64,000 nucleotides of DNA from assembly GCF_009914755.1 (NCBI RefSeq), contig NC_060928.1; one strand, given 5' to 3'. Positions 1-14,783 of the stretch are shown piece by piece (position 1 is the stretch's first letter; each line of letters opens with the position of its first letter). Below the pieces are notes generated by a model. The model was not told the origin of the DNA, made no database searches, and was given only the letters and a program-made list of their open reading frames with translations. A program made the translations under genes and the position numbers. The stretch is from the human T2T-CHM13v2.0 reference genome, Homo sapiens.

Positions 1-262
<262 letters not shown>

Positions 263-818
263 TTATGACAATTTATTTAATGAAGATAGAAACGAAGTTT
301 TGGGCAATTAGTATCAAGGATCAGATGTGTTTTATTCCTTAACAGGAACCACATACATCCTTAAATACTTCCTGATATTGCTAGAGCCAAAGCATCGACT
401 GGTCCCTTCCCACCTCTGCCTCTGTTTTCTGAACTTCCCCCTTCTCAGAAGGCAAAAGGATACAAGTTTTATACCAATGGGGTGGTGCTTACTCGGAGAA
501 AGCTGCTCAACCACCTTGACACCTCAATCCACAGACCAACACTGAGATTTCCTTTCTGTAACTGCATCATACAGAGAATCCATTTCACAGGTGGTCTACA
601 TATTAAATTCTAGACTCCAGAAACCTTTTGTAAAAGGCCCATTTCCATTTTAAAAGCCAATAAGGATTACTAGATTGCTGATTTGATCAAGTGCCAGAGA
701 AATTCAACTTTTAAACTTAGTGAAATTTCAGACTAGACCATACTACCACTATTCAGAAAAATCTTGCAGAAACAACCTTTGACTTGTCTCCAATCACGTC
801 TAAGAATAAACATGGCTG

Positions 819-1132
<314 letters not shown>

Positions 1133-2905
1133 AATGGCTGTTCCTAAAATTGCAGACCTAAAGCTGAAATGCTGTGTAGTCAGATGCTCATCTTGTGCCA
1201 TTTTATAGGAATCTCCCTAGAGCCCAACCATTGGATCCAAGTCTTTAGTACCAATTTTATACATTGGAAATGTTTGTAGGGTAAAAATACCAAAATCTTT
1301 TCCAAGCCAGACCTGACTGTCTTCCTTCAGTAGTCTGTGTTTCTATGTGTAAACTTTGTAGATGCATCTGTTTTGAGTTACATAAATACACTAAAAAAGT
1401 ATTTTATAGCAGGAAAATTTATGCATTCCATATTCTCACAGCTTTAAAATGGCCAAATTTATTCTCTTGAATAAATGCTCTGGGGATAAAATCAAAAGAA
1501 CAACTCCAAAGCAATATTTTGAGAGTTTTTGCCAGCATCAGAGAAGAAGAAGGTACATAAAAATAGACCCACATATATAACACATATATTCATATCCTGC
1601 TATTTATGCTGAGATAAGGAAGACACTACAGATAATTCCAAATGATTTGATGATTCAAAAAATTTCTTTATTTTCAGCCTTAAATATATTCCTATGCTAA
1701 TATTTAGGTTTGAATATAGGTGTGTTCAATATTCTTATATTCAACTCAAAGAAAATAAGAGAGATGTGAGGATATCAGTTCGTACCATACAGAAAAAAAA
1801 AGATTTTATGCAACATTTTTATGACTACTGAAAGGTTCTCACCATCAAGATGGCATAAACATTGAGATTGCCACCTACCACAGTTGCTGGCAGGCAAGGA
1901 GAGATGGATCTGTGTGCAAGCGCTCTCCCTTACCTCCTTCCGCAGGAAAATGTGAGTCTGGAATGAAACCCCACCATCCATACTCATTCATCCCAGCCTT
2001 TCTAGTCAGCTGTAACAGAAAGAATTCCAATCAAGACCAGGAACAGAGAGGTAGTGGTGGATACTCCTGGAAGGAATAGCAGAAATGGCTGAATAAGTCC
2101 TTGCTATACAGTTACTATGTGCTTCAGGGCCCAGAAATCCCTGACAATTTTCCATCCCAAACTCATAATCTCAGTCATTAACTAGTTTCCACTCCTGTCT
2201 CATAACTCTGGGCGCTCTCTATTAAGTCTAGCCCCTTGACAATATATATTCTTACTTGGAGCATTGAGTCAACTATGTGGCTCCTTTCTCTGACTCTGTG
2301 GATATGCCCCACCCAGCATCAGTTGACATTACCGTGGGAAAGTCAACTAGAGAAGTCGAAAAGCTGTTCAATTTCCTAATTTTGTCTTTTTCCAGGGTAA
2401 TCTAACTCAATCTTATAATTAACTTACTTAGAGCTATTAGGGTTTTGCATCTTCAGTTTTTAAAGAATCCTGAAAAGGGGAGTAGTTTCAAAGATTTTTC
2501 TCTGCATAACATGTAAACATAAAGTCATGAAATGTGAATGAAGGGAAAAAATACAGCTATGCAACATTAATAGAGACATATATTATCAAGCACGCAGGCA
2601 CAGAAGGCAAGGGCAATAAATTTAAAAGCAAGGTTTGTCAGGAGTTGACCACACCGTAGATACTCTCTTTGAGAATAATCAAGAGGGTGTTCTATAGATG
2701 GTTCCTGTGTACTTTCCAAATTATAAGCATGGAATCTTCACATCGGCAGCTCCCTTCTTGCTGCCTCCTCTCCTGGTAAGATTTTTCAGGTTCTGGGTTT
2801 TCAACCCCATCTACACATCCCAAGTTTCACTAACCCTTCACTAATTTCTTTCCGAAATGCATACTTACTTTTTGTGCTGGCTACTTAGGAAAAACCCACT
2901 TTTCA

Positions 2906-3306
<401 letters not shown>

Positions 3307-4745
3307 CTATCAAGAAAAGAAAACCCATAATTTTGATATAAAATTGGAAACAATGAAAAACCAGCACTCTGAAAATATAAATTCCTTTAACAGTTCCAGA
3401 AGTTCCTTAACAAATTTCAACAAAGCTTTGCATTTCTGTCACTATTTTTAAAAAGTTTTCTCAAGAATCTATATTTAATAATAAAAATAAATTAAATTTT
3501 AGTATTATTTTCAATGTAGTTAATTCCTGGTGTGGCAATTACATTTTCTGTATGATCTTTTATTACATATGTATAATTTTTCAGTCATATTATAAATTAA
3601 ATAGGTTGTTGAATGCTGATCTGGCCAAGCAATAATTGTTTATGTTATACTTACAAAAAAGAATATTATGATAACTATTAAATTTTTAAAACTTACAAAC
3701 ACAATGTATATTAAGTTGAGATGTGCCTGAATACATATTTGCACAACATATAACCATCTATATGTCTATGTTTCTCAACATAATGCATATTTGGTAAGTT
3801 TTCCCTTTTATTATATCAGCTGTGGAATCAACAAAATATGCTGTGAATTCTGCAATTATCTTCATTCAGAAAGTCCAGTTGAAAGCATGGACATGGTACA
3901 ATTAATGTAACGTACATGCTTTCTCTTTCTTGCATACACAGAGACTGAATAGGATGCAAAGCAGCTAACTGCCCTGATTTCAGTACCTGAAAAGAAATCA
4001 CTGGAAACTACATTCACAGAAAAGCAGATTTTTTTTCATTTGCCTGGGTTTAAAAACTTTTCATAGCACCATCTGATAAAATGCAATTTGACCTGCAGAT
4101 TCTGAATTATGCACATACAAATTAGTTTCAGAGATATATAATTGCAGAAATCATATATTCCAGAAGATTAGCCAATAATTTTTTACTGGCTGAGCAGTAC
4201 TTTTTTTCACTTAGTTAATATTTACTAAATTCATCCTACATTCTGTGTACTACGTCAGTAATGAATTTACAAAGAAACAATTTGAAAATCCTGCCCTTAA
4301 AAAAAAAGGCTTCACCCCATGACTGCAGGACAATCTTTTCAAGTGCATATGAAATATTTACCAAAAATGACAATAAGCGGGGACATAATAATCAATTCTC
4401 TACAAATTTCAAAGAATTAAAAACACACAGTATATTCTTAAAGCCACATTAGAATTAAATTAGAAAATAATAATCTCAAAAAATCTATAAGATCTTCAAA
4501 TGTTAAAATAAAGTCAAAAGTATTCTTTTTAATAGTCAGAAAAATATTACAGTGGAAATTACAAAATACCTTAAACAAAATGAAGATAAAAATACAACAT
4601 AGTGGGCTGTAAATGAAGTCACACTAAGAAAGAAATGCTAAGCCTTAACTGTATATATTTTTTTAAAAAAAGAAGAAAAAATTAGTGATCTATGTACCCT
4701 TCTAAAGTTTTCTAAAAAGCAAAGTCATTCAATGAAATTAGTTCA

Positions 4746-5090
<345 letters not shown>

Positions 5091-5880
5091 TTAATGAAAC
5101 ACAAATATATAATAGAGAAGATCAACAAATTCAAATATTGGTTGTCTGAAAACATTAATAAAATTAATAAGACTTTGGCAAAAATTGATGAATATTAAAG
5201 TCAGAAATTATCAATTCCAAGAATTTAAAAAATCATTATGAACCCTACAGGCATTTATTAGATTATAGGAGGTTATTATAAACAACTTTATGCCAACAAA
5301 TTTTACAATAGAGATGAAATGGATAAATTTCCAGAAAAACACAATCTATACCAAATTGACAACAGAAAAATATTGAAAATCTGCCTGGTCCTCTACCCGT
5401 TAAATAAAGCAAATCTATATTTCAGACTTTCCCACAAAATAAATTCCAGGCAAGACTGATTCTGGCCTTGTATCCAGAATATATATATAAACTCTATAAA
5501 TCATTTTTTAATACAGAAAAATTTATAGAAAGGAACAAGGGACTCAAACAGAAACTTCACAAAAGAGGACATTCAAACTGCCAACAAACATGTAAAAATG
5601 TGGTCAATTTCATTACTTATCATGGGAATGTCAATTAAAATCTTAAAGAGATACCCATAAGTACATTTGAGAATGGCTATAATTATACTAATATTAGGAA
5701 GGATATACACAATATTGTCTACATTGCCTAATATTAGCAAGGATATAGAATAACTGAAATACTTATATATTTCTAGTGGGAATATTAAATGGGTATAATT
5801 TTGGGAAATTGCTTGGCAGTGATTACTAAATCTAAAATATGCATATCCTATAGCCCAGCAATTCCCTTTATATCATAAGA

Positions 5881-6021
5881 GACCCCGGGCCTCTTAACTC
5901 CGATGGGTGAAGAGAGCACACAATCAACCTATCTAGCTCTCCTGCAGATTTCTCTTTTCATGCTACTCAAAGTTTCTCTCCCATTTTCTTGTTCTCAATT
6001 TCTCAGAGAAATTAAGACAAA
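5881..6021 (+). repeat. ~140 bp direct copy of 8031-8174
   Basis: Both copies share gggcctcttaactc.gatgggtgaagagagcacacaatcaacctatctagctctcctg ... tctcaatttctcagagaaa. Confidence 0.92.
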
Positions 6022-7295
6022 TGAAGTGTTCATATTCACAGCACTATTCATAATATCCCTAAGCTGGAAATAACTGAGAAGTTTATCAATAGTAGCATGG
6101 ATAAATAAATTAAAGTATACTCAAACATCAAATATTGTACAGCAATGAAAATGAATACAGTTCCACTATATGCAGCAACATGGATGATCCTACAAATATG
6201 GAAGGAAAGAATCCAGACACAAATAATGTATTATTAAAATTATTCAAAATCTAAGAGCAGCCAAAACTATCCCTAGGTGCTAGAATTTAAGAGAAAGATT
6301 ATCTTTGAGGAGGAAGTTAGTGACTGACAGAGGGCTTCAGGAAGTCTTCTGAGGTTCTGAAAACGCTCTATTTCTTTTTCTGGGTGATGCACACAGATTT
6401 CTTTATTTGGAGGCAATTAACCAAACAATATATTTTGTGCAGATTCACTGATTAAATTTTTTACTGGCCACAGGAAACTCACTGTAGTGAAAAATATTCA
6501 ACATAACATTTCCCACTGTTCTATGGTTTCATACTCCACTCGATTTTCCTTTTAGATTTTCTAAGCCAATCTACCTCTTGATTTGCATGATAAAGGGTTA
6601 AAATTTGGATAATAAAATATTCACTGGTTCCAGACAAAGCATTAGGCATGCTTATGAATTATTTGGTTTTATAATTTCAGCTTACTTTGCCTGCACATGC
6701 GTGCCAGAAAAAAATACCCATTTAGGTTGATGCCAATTAGACTTATTTTTTAAATTTCCACTTTAGCATGTTGACTACTGCAGCAGGATTTGGATCAAGT
6801 TACTCGCTTTGCTAAGTAATTGGAGTGATCCTGCTGACCAGTCCTTTAGTCTGGCTTAGGCAAAGGTTAAAAGACAGAAGAGAGTGAAGATAACTGTTAG
6901 ATTTCCTGCTGCTCTGTCCCAGGGCCCTTCCATTATTTTCCATTTTCCCAATCCTCAGAATTGCCTCTGATGACAAAGGAGGACAATATGGATACTCCTT
7001 GTTAAAATGGAGATTAGCCGGTTTTATATATGTCATTATTATCTAACTGAAAAAAAAGGGCAGTAATATTAAGATATTAAGAAGGAACACAATTAAAACG
7101 AGGCATTCTGGAGAGAAGCAGATACACTGTTTATTATTCTTTGGGATAGGAAATACTTCTAGACGTATGTTTTCAAAATATATCCTTGACACTCTGAAGG
7201 CTATTCTTTTTTTATGGTCCAAATTACCTGTAGTAGCATGAATATTTATTTTATTTTTATTTTTTTGCCCCCAACATTACCCTAGGCAACAAAGT

Positions 7296-7987
7296 TACCG
7301 TAGCTGGTTTTCTGTTACCACAACGGAATACCACAAACTAGGTAATTTATTTATTTTTACTTTTATTTTTATTTTTATTTTGAGATGGAGTCTTGCTCTG
7401 TCCCCCTTGCTGGAGTGCAGAGGCACGATCTCGGCTCACTGCAAGCTCTGCCTTGCAGGTTCGCACCATTTTCCTGCCTCAGCCTCCCTAGTAGCCGGAC
7501 TACAGGTGCCCGCCACCACGCCTGGCTAACTTTTTGTATTTTTTAGTAGAGACGAGGTTTCACCGTGTTAGCCAGGATGGTCTCGATCTTCTGACTTCGT
7601 GATCCGCCCGCCTTGGCCTCCCAAAGTGCTGGGATTACAGGCGTGAGCCACCGCACACGGCCCAAACTGGGTAAGTTATAAAGAAAGGAATTTACTTCTT
7701 ACAGTTCTGCAGGCTGTAAGTTCAAGGTCAGGGGCCACATATGGTGAGGGCCTTCTTACCTCATCATAACATGGTGGAGGGCATCATATAGTGAAAGCGC
7801 AAGAGCATGCCCCCTCAGGTCTCTCCTGTTTTTATAAAACCACCAGTCTTATCAAGGGGGCCCCATAATACCTTTCCTAATTATCTAATCCTAATTACCT
7901 CCCAACGGTTCCACCTCTAATCCACATATAAATTTGGAATTAAGTTGCTAATATACGGAATTTGAGGGGCATATTAAAACCACAGCA
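7296..7987 (-). mobile_element. MaLR LTR (MST/MLT1A-like) split by an AluY
   Basis: Motifs gaataccacaaact.ggtaa, cttacagttctgcaggctg and ggtgagggccttctt, ending aaaccacagca. Confidence 0.75.
7346..7662 (-). mobile_element. AluY-like
   Basis: Antisense dimer with TSD caaact(a/g)ggtaa. Confidence 0.95.
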
Positions 7988-8235
7988 ATTAATTAGAAAA
8001 ATTTTTATTGCTAGAGGAAAATTTAGAAATGACTCCTGGGCCTCTTAACTCTGATGGGTGAAGAGAGCACACAATCAACCTATCTAGCTCTCCTGGAGGA
8101 GTTTCTCTTTTCATACTATTCAAAGGTTCTCCCTTATTTTCTTGGTCTCAATTTCTCAGAGAAACAAAGACAAACAAAATCTTCATTTTCTCTCTGGGGA
8201 AAACAGCATTCATGATTTTTAAAGTATATTTTGTG

Positions 8236-8536
8236 GGTTGGGTGTGGTGGCTCATGCTTGTAATCCCAGCAGTTGGGAAGGCTGAGGCAGGCAGATCACT
8301 TGAGCACAGGAATTCGAGTCCAGCCTGGGCAACATAGCAAAACCCCTTCTCTACAAAAAAAATAGAAAAATTAGCCGGGTGTGGTGGCACACACCTGTAG
8401 TCCCAGCTACTCAGGAGACTGAGGTGGGAGGATCACTTGAGCCCAGGGGGCAGAGGTTGCAGTGAGCCGGGTTCACGCCACTGCACTCCAGCCTGGGCAA
8501 CAGAGCAAAACCCTGTCTCAAAAAGAAAAAAAAAAA
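8236..8536 (+). mobile_element. AluJ-like
   Basis: TSD aaagt(a/g)tattttgtg. J-type ggaggatcacttgagccc. Confidence 0.93.
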
Positions 8537-11500
8537 GTGTATTTTGTGCATTAATACACTTAGGTTTTCTCTTCAAATTAAAGTCCATTTAAAAAAAAAA
8601 ACTCCTAGATCTGGCAAAGGTGAAGAAGGAAGCTCTGTTCTTTATCTACAGCCAATACTGGCAACTACAGAACAGATCCTGGCAGGGGTGATAAAGGTAA
8701 AAAGGAGACAATGAATTCTGGAAAACTGAACCTCCTTTCCCCTGTCTACACCTCTTCAGGATATATTCTGCCTCTTTGAAAGCTGCTGACTGCAAGCAGG
8801 TGATGATTGGTGTGAGGTATATAAGGCAGTTCCTAATGAATCCACCACACCAGAGGGCCAGGCTGCTTTCCTCTCTATTGACAATCCTAAATCCCCTTTC
8901 CAAATTGTAAAATGTCATTAAAATCTGGGAACATTGAACTCCCTCTCTACAGGTCCAACTGACACCTGGGATTAAGGTCAGATATATCATGGACCCTCTT
9001 TGTATAAAGGTAAAATGATTTTTGAAGTGAAATAATGGATTTAAGGCACTGAAGCAAAACACAGCTCCATGCAAACACCCAGTGACATATTTACAGAACC
9101 AGGTCTGGCTGGAAACAAGGTGAAAGGAACAGTAATTCTAATTGCAGCCAGCAAAATAAAAAAGCAGATTGGATGAAAACTGGCCAAGCTCTTACCATTA
9201 AAAATACCACAGCATTGCTGCCAAAAGAGTATTGAGACAAATTGCCAGAGGTAACTGTTACATAAGCCAGAGCTCACCCTGCCAATTAGCCAGAAACCAT
9301 TGCTACATCTCTTCTGGCCACAATTATTCTGATAGGTAACTTGCAGGCTGTTTAGCTCTTTAAAGGACTGTACCAGAATAAATCAGTTTTTCTGTGGGAA
9401 AGGAGAAATACACATCAAGGACAAGGCAGTCTGTGGATTTAGTTCCTCGGGGAGTGGTGATTCTGCCCCACTGTTTGGTATTGAGTAAGAAAGTAAGAGG
9501 ATCTCAGAGAACTCGGGCAGATGACCTTTATAAAATTGTTGCAGCTTTCAAAGGAGTAAGGGTAGTGAAAGCAAAGAAGTGTGCCTTGGCTTGCATATAC
9601 GAAGAAAGGAAAGAAAATCCTATCAAATTTCTTCATTTTCTTTATTAAAAGATGCTTACCACTCTGATTAGCTTTGAGCTTAGCAACAGTTCCCTGAGGA
9701 CTATTCTCCACAGGCAAAAATGAAGGACAGTGCAGAGGACAATTATTCAGGTAATTCAGACAAAGCCTTTCCTTAATCTTGCAGCATGGAAAATCATGGC
9801 ATGTGGATGGAGTTACCCAGGTTAATAACCCCCCTGCTCTTCTCCTGTCGCGGCTCAATCAGGATGCAACAGTTGTGGAGCCCTGCCACCACCTGATTTC
9901 TAGCTGCCATTATTTTCTTTCTGATTCCCAGCCATAGGCTCCCTCTAAGAAGTCTCCCTTTTCCCGTTATCATCCCCCTCCCTACTCTACTTGTGTATAT
10001 ACACACTCACAATGTCACATCCACAATCCATTCAACTGCCACCTATCAAAGTCCTCATTCTAATACGCAAATTTGATCTTGCGATTCACCTATACAGAAT
10101 CCTTAGGGACTACTCCATTACCTTTGGTATTAACTCTGAGCTGGAAACAGTAAACTCAACCTACTTTGCAAGCCTTATTTTTACTTATCCCCACAAGCTC
10201 TACATTCTAGACAGAGGGTAATTTATAAGAGTGTTTTTCAACCTAAGTAGTATATTCTAATGACCAAGAGAGCTTCCATTAATCCCAATGACCAAACAGA
10301 ACTCCATACCAATATAATCAGAACCCTAGGGATGAAACTCAAGCATCTATATCATTTAAAATTTTCCCTATGGTTACAACTTTGAGAACCAGTGCACTAT
10401 ACTACCTCTTCTGCTTTTGCACATGCTTTTTCTTAGCAAGAAATGTGTTATTTTACACTTTTGTTAAGTTTTACAGGTAAAGAATTTTCTTTTGCAACCA
10501 TTCAGTGACCTCCCTTCATTCTTATGGCAACCTATGCACTCTTGAATCATAACCCATAATTTTTCTATTTCTCTCTCTGACTAGATGAGAACATCCTTCT
10601 GGACAAAAATTGTGTGTTATTTGTCTTTTATCCACAGTGCCTATTGAGGAAGAAGAACAGATGCACACCAATACCGACTGACTTAATTCTCCAAGCTCTT
10701 CTTCCAACTTCTCAAAGGCAAAACAGTCTTCTGTTTGCAAAAACCTCCGAGGCTTTATAATTTTAGGACATAATAAAGTGAATAGAGAAAAAAAGATATC
10801 TGGAAGATAAGAGCATCACAACTACTTGAGGACTTTGTAACACTTGGAGTTTTGTTACTCTCTGTGGTTGTTGTTTGCAATTGGATGAAAAACTCTTAAT
10901 AGCTTCCAGGTAGAAAGATTTAAAGAACGGAATTCTGAAGTCTTCAATCAAGAGCATGAAGGCTCATAAACAGTTTGATTTTATGACCTTTACCCAAACG
11001 GATTTTGTTTTTAAAGCATTTTGGCAAGGCATGTTCCACCATATGAAGGCAGAAAGAACATTTAGATAAGTGCATGCCGGGGGCTTGGTTTCCATTAAGA
11101 GGGAATTCAGCACTCTTCCAAACAGAAAGGCATCCTGGACACGATGCAAGAAGGACATTGTGAGAAGAGATCCAGATTTAGCAATGAGGATGCAAACATG
11201 AAAGCAATTCCTTGATGGAAAGACGTTTTAAAATTCTGGGATCTGCAGGCCAGAGCCTGCCATTAGAATTGGCAAAGAAAGAAGAAAATACTGATTTTCA
11301 TTTTGGCTTTTGCCACAAGTACTATTGCTTTGTGATGCTTTCCCAAAGTCTCTAAATGAGATACTTGGTGTGTTTTTCAAAGTTCCTGCATGCCGATGCT
11401 AGCATGGAAGACACAACACACTCTTTTTCCTTTCTATCCAGTGGAAACAGCTTTAGACACTAAGCCATTATGAACGTATGTTGAAAATAAAGTTTATTTT

Positions 11501-11877
11501 CCAACATAGGTGGTGACCTGATCATTCCTGTTTTGTAAAATCATAGGGACATATAAAGACAAAGTATGAGGTACAAAAAAAACAAGTAAAGAGTGATATT
11601 TTTTCTTCTCCTTTGTCCTTTTTGGAATTTAAGAATTCTCTTGAGCAAAAATTTACACTTTTAATAACATGAGCTTTTTATGTTAAGGAGGCCCTATTTC
11701 AGGAGTGAATTTAACAAGACAGAAGAACTGTCTTCTAAAAAAAGTCATATTTTAATGCAGGCATAGCTTTTAGTAATCTAGTAATCTCTTAGATCTCAAG
11801 ACAATTATGTAAGTAATTGAGAGATAACAGGATAGAGTGCATATTAAACATTTTGTGTAGGATCGACATCCTGCCAA

Positions 11878-12217
11878 TTTTTTTTCTTTTTTCTTTTTTT
11901 TTTTTTTTTGAGAAAGGGCCTCATTCTGTTGCCCACGCTGGAGTGCAGTGGTATGATCACTGCTCACTGCAGCCTCAACCTGCCTGGACTCAGGTGATCC
12001 TCCCACCTCAGCCCCTGTGTAGCTGGGACTACAGACGCTTGCCACCATGTCCTGCTAATTTTTGTGGGGTTTTTGGATTGGAGTTTGGGCTTTTTTTTGT
12101 AGAAATGAGGTCTCACCATGTTGCCCATGTTGGTCTCAAACTCCTGGGCTCAAGCCATCCTGCTACCTTGGCCTCCCAAAGTGCTGGGATTGTAGGTATG
12201 AACCACCATGCCGGGCC
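11878..12217 (-). mobile_element. AluJ-like
   Basis: Antisense dimer with an expanded linker. Confidence 0.92.
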
Positions 12218-12772
12218 AACTGGCCAAATTTTTCATAATCAATTTAATTCCTCGTCTCTACTTATCCGTTGGACACAATAACATTAAACCATATAAAACT
12301 GCCATTTCTATAGGCCAAAAAATGTCAGATATCAGCAATTACATTTATTCATTCTAATAATAAACTTTTTTCAAAGTAAAAGAGGCATTGGGTCCCAGAG
12401 ATAAATGAAGCCCCTTTGAATTTCATCTTTACACTTCAACTTCCTTCTTACCAGTTTAAAAAATATATAGATATTCCCATTTCATACATGAGAAAACTGA
12501 AGATTACCAAAGTTAAGAGTATAATTGTAAGTGGCAGACAGCTAGGACTCAAAACTGTGTTTTGACTTCAGACACACTGGTCCTGCTTCAAACTGAGGCC
12601 TCCAAGGGACTAGTTATAACAGGTACTAAAAGCATTATGGGAAATATAAGGAAACAAATTATCAGAATTCTTCTCAGGATGAGGGCTGTGTGTTTGTTGG
12701 GAGAAATGCTTTGATAGGTTGCATGGTGTGAGGGAGGGGTGGCAGTGAAAGATGAGAGCCCCCCAAAAATGG

Positions 12773-13918
12773 GCACTCAGTTATTCATGCAGTATCACAG
12801 TACAAGAACAGGACGTGCTCGCCACCCCTGCTGTGGCTCACATGGTGTGAAGTCAGTGTGGTCTCACAGGGTGATTGTCCTCCATTCTCACACTTCCACA
12901 AGTTTCCCCAAATGGATCTCTCAATTCCGTGACTCACCAACGGCTTTTGAATCAGTATTAAACCCCTGGGTGTGACAAATGGGCTTGTCAGTCTCTTGCC
13001 CAGTGTGGATACACTCCACTATTTTGTGCTCTTTTTATACTGCAAACTCTCCAAGTAGTTGGGCCAGTCAAACAGATAGTTTATGCAAATCCTTCAATGG
13101 AAAAAAAAAAGGCACACTTTGGTGATCAAATAACTGGAAGCATATTGTAGCAAAAGATCCAAAAACATTGAAAACATCCTTAAGCTCTTCCTAACCAGTC
13201 TTATTTTTCCACTGCTCATAAGCCACTAGTTCTGCTTTTCACTTGCGTAAGGTCTTAAGCAACTTTCCAGCTCAGAAACTACCATTGCTTCCCAGAGCAC
13301 AAACATGCAGACTTTTAACTGGAAGTTGCACCCAAGAGGACAGGCTTGTCTCCAAAATAATCCATTATGGACAGTCTTCAGCACTGTTTATCTTAATTAG
13401 CTAAACAAGCTCCTAGGGCTAACTGGCAGAACCAGCTCAATTAATCTGACTTAGTCACATTTTTCATTGTTGGTGAACAGTTAGGGTCATAGTAACTTAA
13501 GAAGATGACCATAATGTGTAAAAATACTCTATCAGAGGAAAAATAATACTATAACATGTAAAACATATCCTGTGACCTGTAATTGGAAGTACCCAGTATG
13601 TTGTATATGGTAAGCTTCAATTCCAGCATATTACTTGATTCCTACAACCACATATTTAATAAATATAATAACCAAAACACACAAACACCAACCAATTGGG
13701 ACAGATGTTGCCTGTAATAACTGGTCTCTGCTTACCTCTTTGAACCACCTAAATATGAGCCTTGCCTGTTAAGATTAACAATGGTGGCAGCACTCAGTTA
13801 CTCATGCAGTATCACAGTACAAGAACAGGACGTGCTTGCCACTCCTGCTGTGGTTCACATGGTGTGAAGTCAGTGTGGTGTCACAGGGTGATTGTCCTCC
13901 ATTCTCACAACATTCCAC
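12773..13918 (+). repeat. ~127 bp direct repeat pair (12773-12899 and 13790-13918)
   Basis: Both copies read gcactcagtta.tcatgcagtatcacagtacaagaacaggacgtgct...gggtgattgtcctccattctcaca. Offset 1017 bp. Confidence 0.95.
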
Positions 13919-14580
13919 GTTGACAATGTTGTCAGAAAAGTATAAACACCGTAAATAAGAAAAGTTTAGAATTTTCTTCTACTATTAACTACTGGGAATT
14001 TAACAGTTAACTTCAAAACAAAATGGGTTGAAGGCCCAGACATCTGCACACTGCTTTTTCTTTTGTTACTTTTTTTGTTCAAGCTTTGGATTTGCAAATA
14101 AATCACTGTATATGCATAGATATATGCATAGAATCATGTACACTCCATGGGTTGATTTAAGGGATTGACAATAACTTCTTCCATACTTTGTTTTCACATT
14201 CTCCATTGATTTTAGAGATTAGTCCTTATGATTCCTCCGAAGAAATGAGCTAATGGGTCCTCAAAAGAATTAAAAAGCATTCAAATTGAACCACAACTCT
14301 AAGCCATAAGCAACTTTTCCTCATAATTAGTCTTTGTTTATAATGCAATTTTCTATCTTCATATATCCAATGTGTCAGCAATTAAGACTGTATAGTCCTC
14401 TTCAATACAGCGAGAAAATTTGCTTTTTATAGCAACTCTTTCCGTCCCCAGTGTCTCCTTGTTTTGTGGTAACCTTTGCGTGGTAGCAAAGAAGGCTCTG
14501 AGACTTTTCAGGCTCAAAAATCTCAGAACGTCCCTTCAGTATATTTGAAAGAGACAGTTTTGAGTAAGGAAGCCAGTGTG

Positions 14581-14783
14581 CTTCTCCCTTTATTTTTTAC
14601 CTAAATGTGGATCACAGTGAGGCCAAGTCATTTCTTGGGACAGGATAACCCAGTCACTGCTTCATTTTCTTTCTTTTCCTCACTTCTCCCTGTATTTTTT
14701 ACCTAAACGTGGATCACAGTGAGGCCAACTCCTTTCTTGGGACAGGATAACCCAGTGGCTGCTTCATTTTCTTTCTTTTCCTC
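14581..14783 (+). repeat. 102-bp tandem duplication (2 copies)
   Basis: cttctccct.tattttttacctaaa.gtggatcacagtgaggccaa... starts at 14581 and 14683. Confidence 0.95.

Noticed and set aside
8646-10006. Minus-strand ORFs of 142 and 139 aa in unique sequence
   Set aside because: No recognisable domain or exon structure, and several begin at non-ATG codons. Consistent with chance.
12773-13918. Direct repeats as LTRs of a miniature retroelement, or as H/ACA snoRNA copies
   Set aside because: No TG...CA termini, PBS, polypurine tract or TSD, and no correctly placed H box between two hairpins. Kept only as a duplication.
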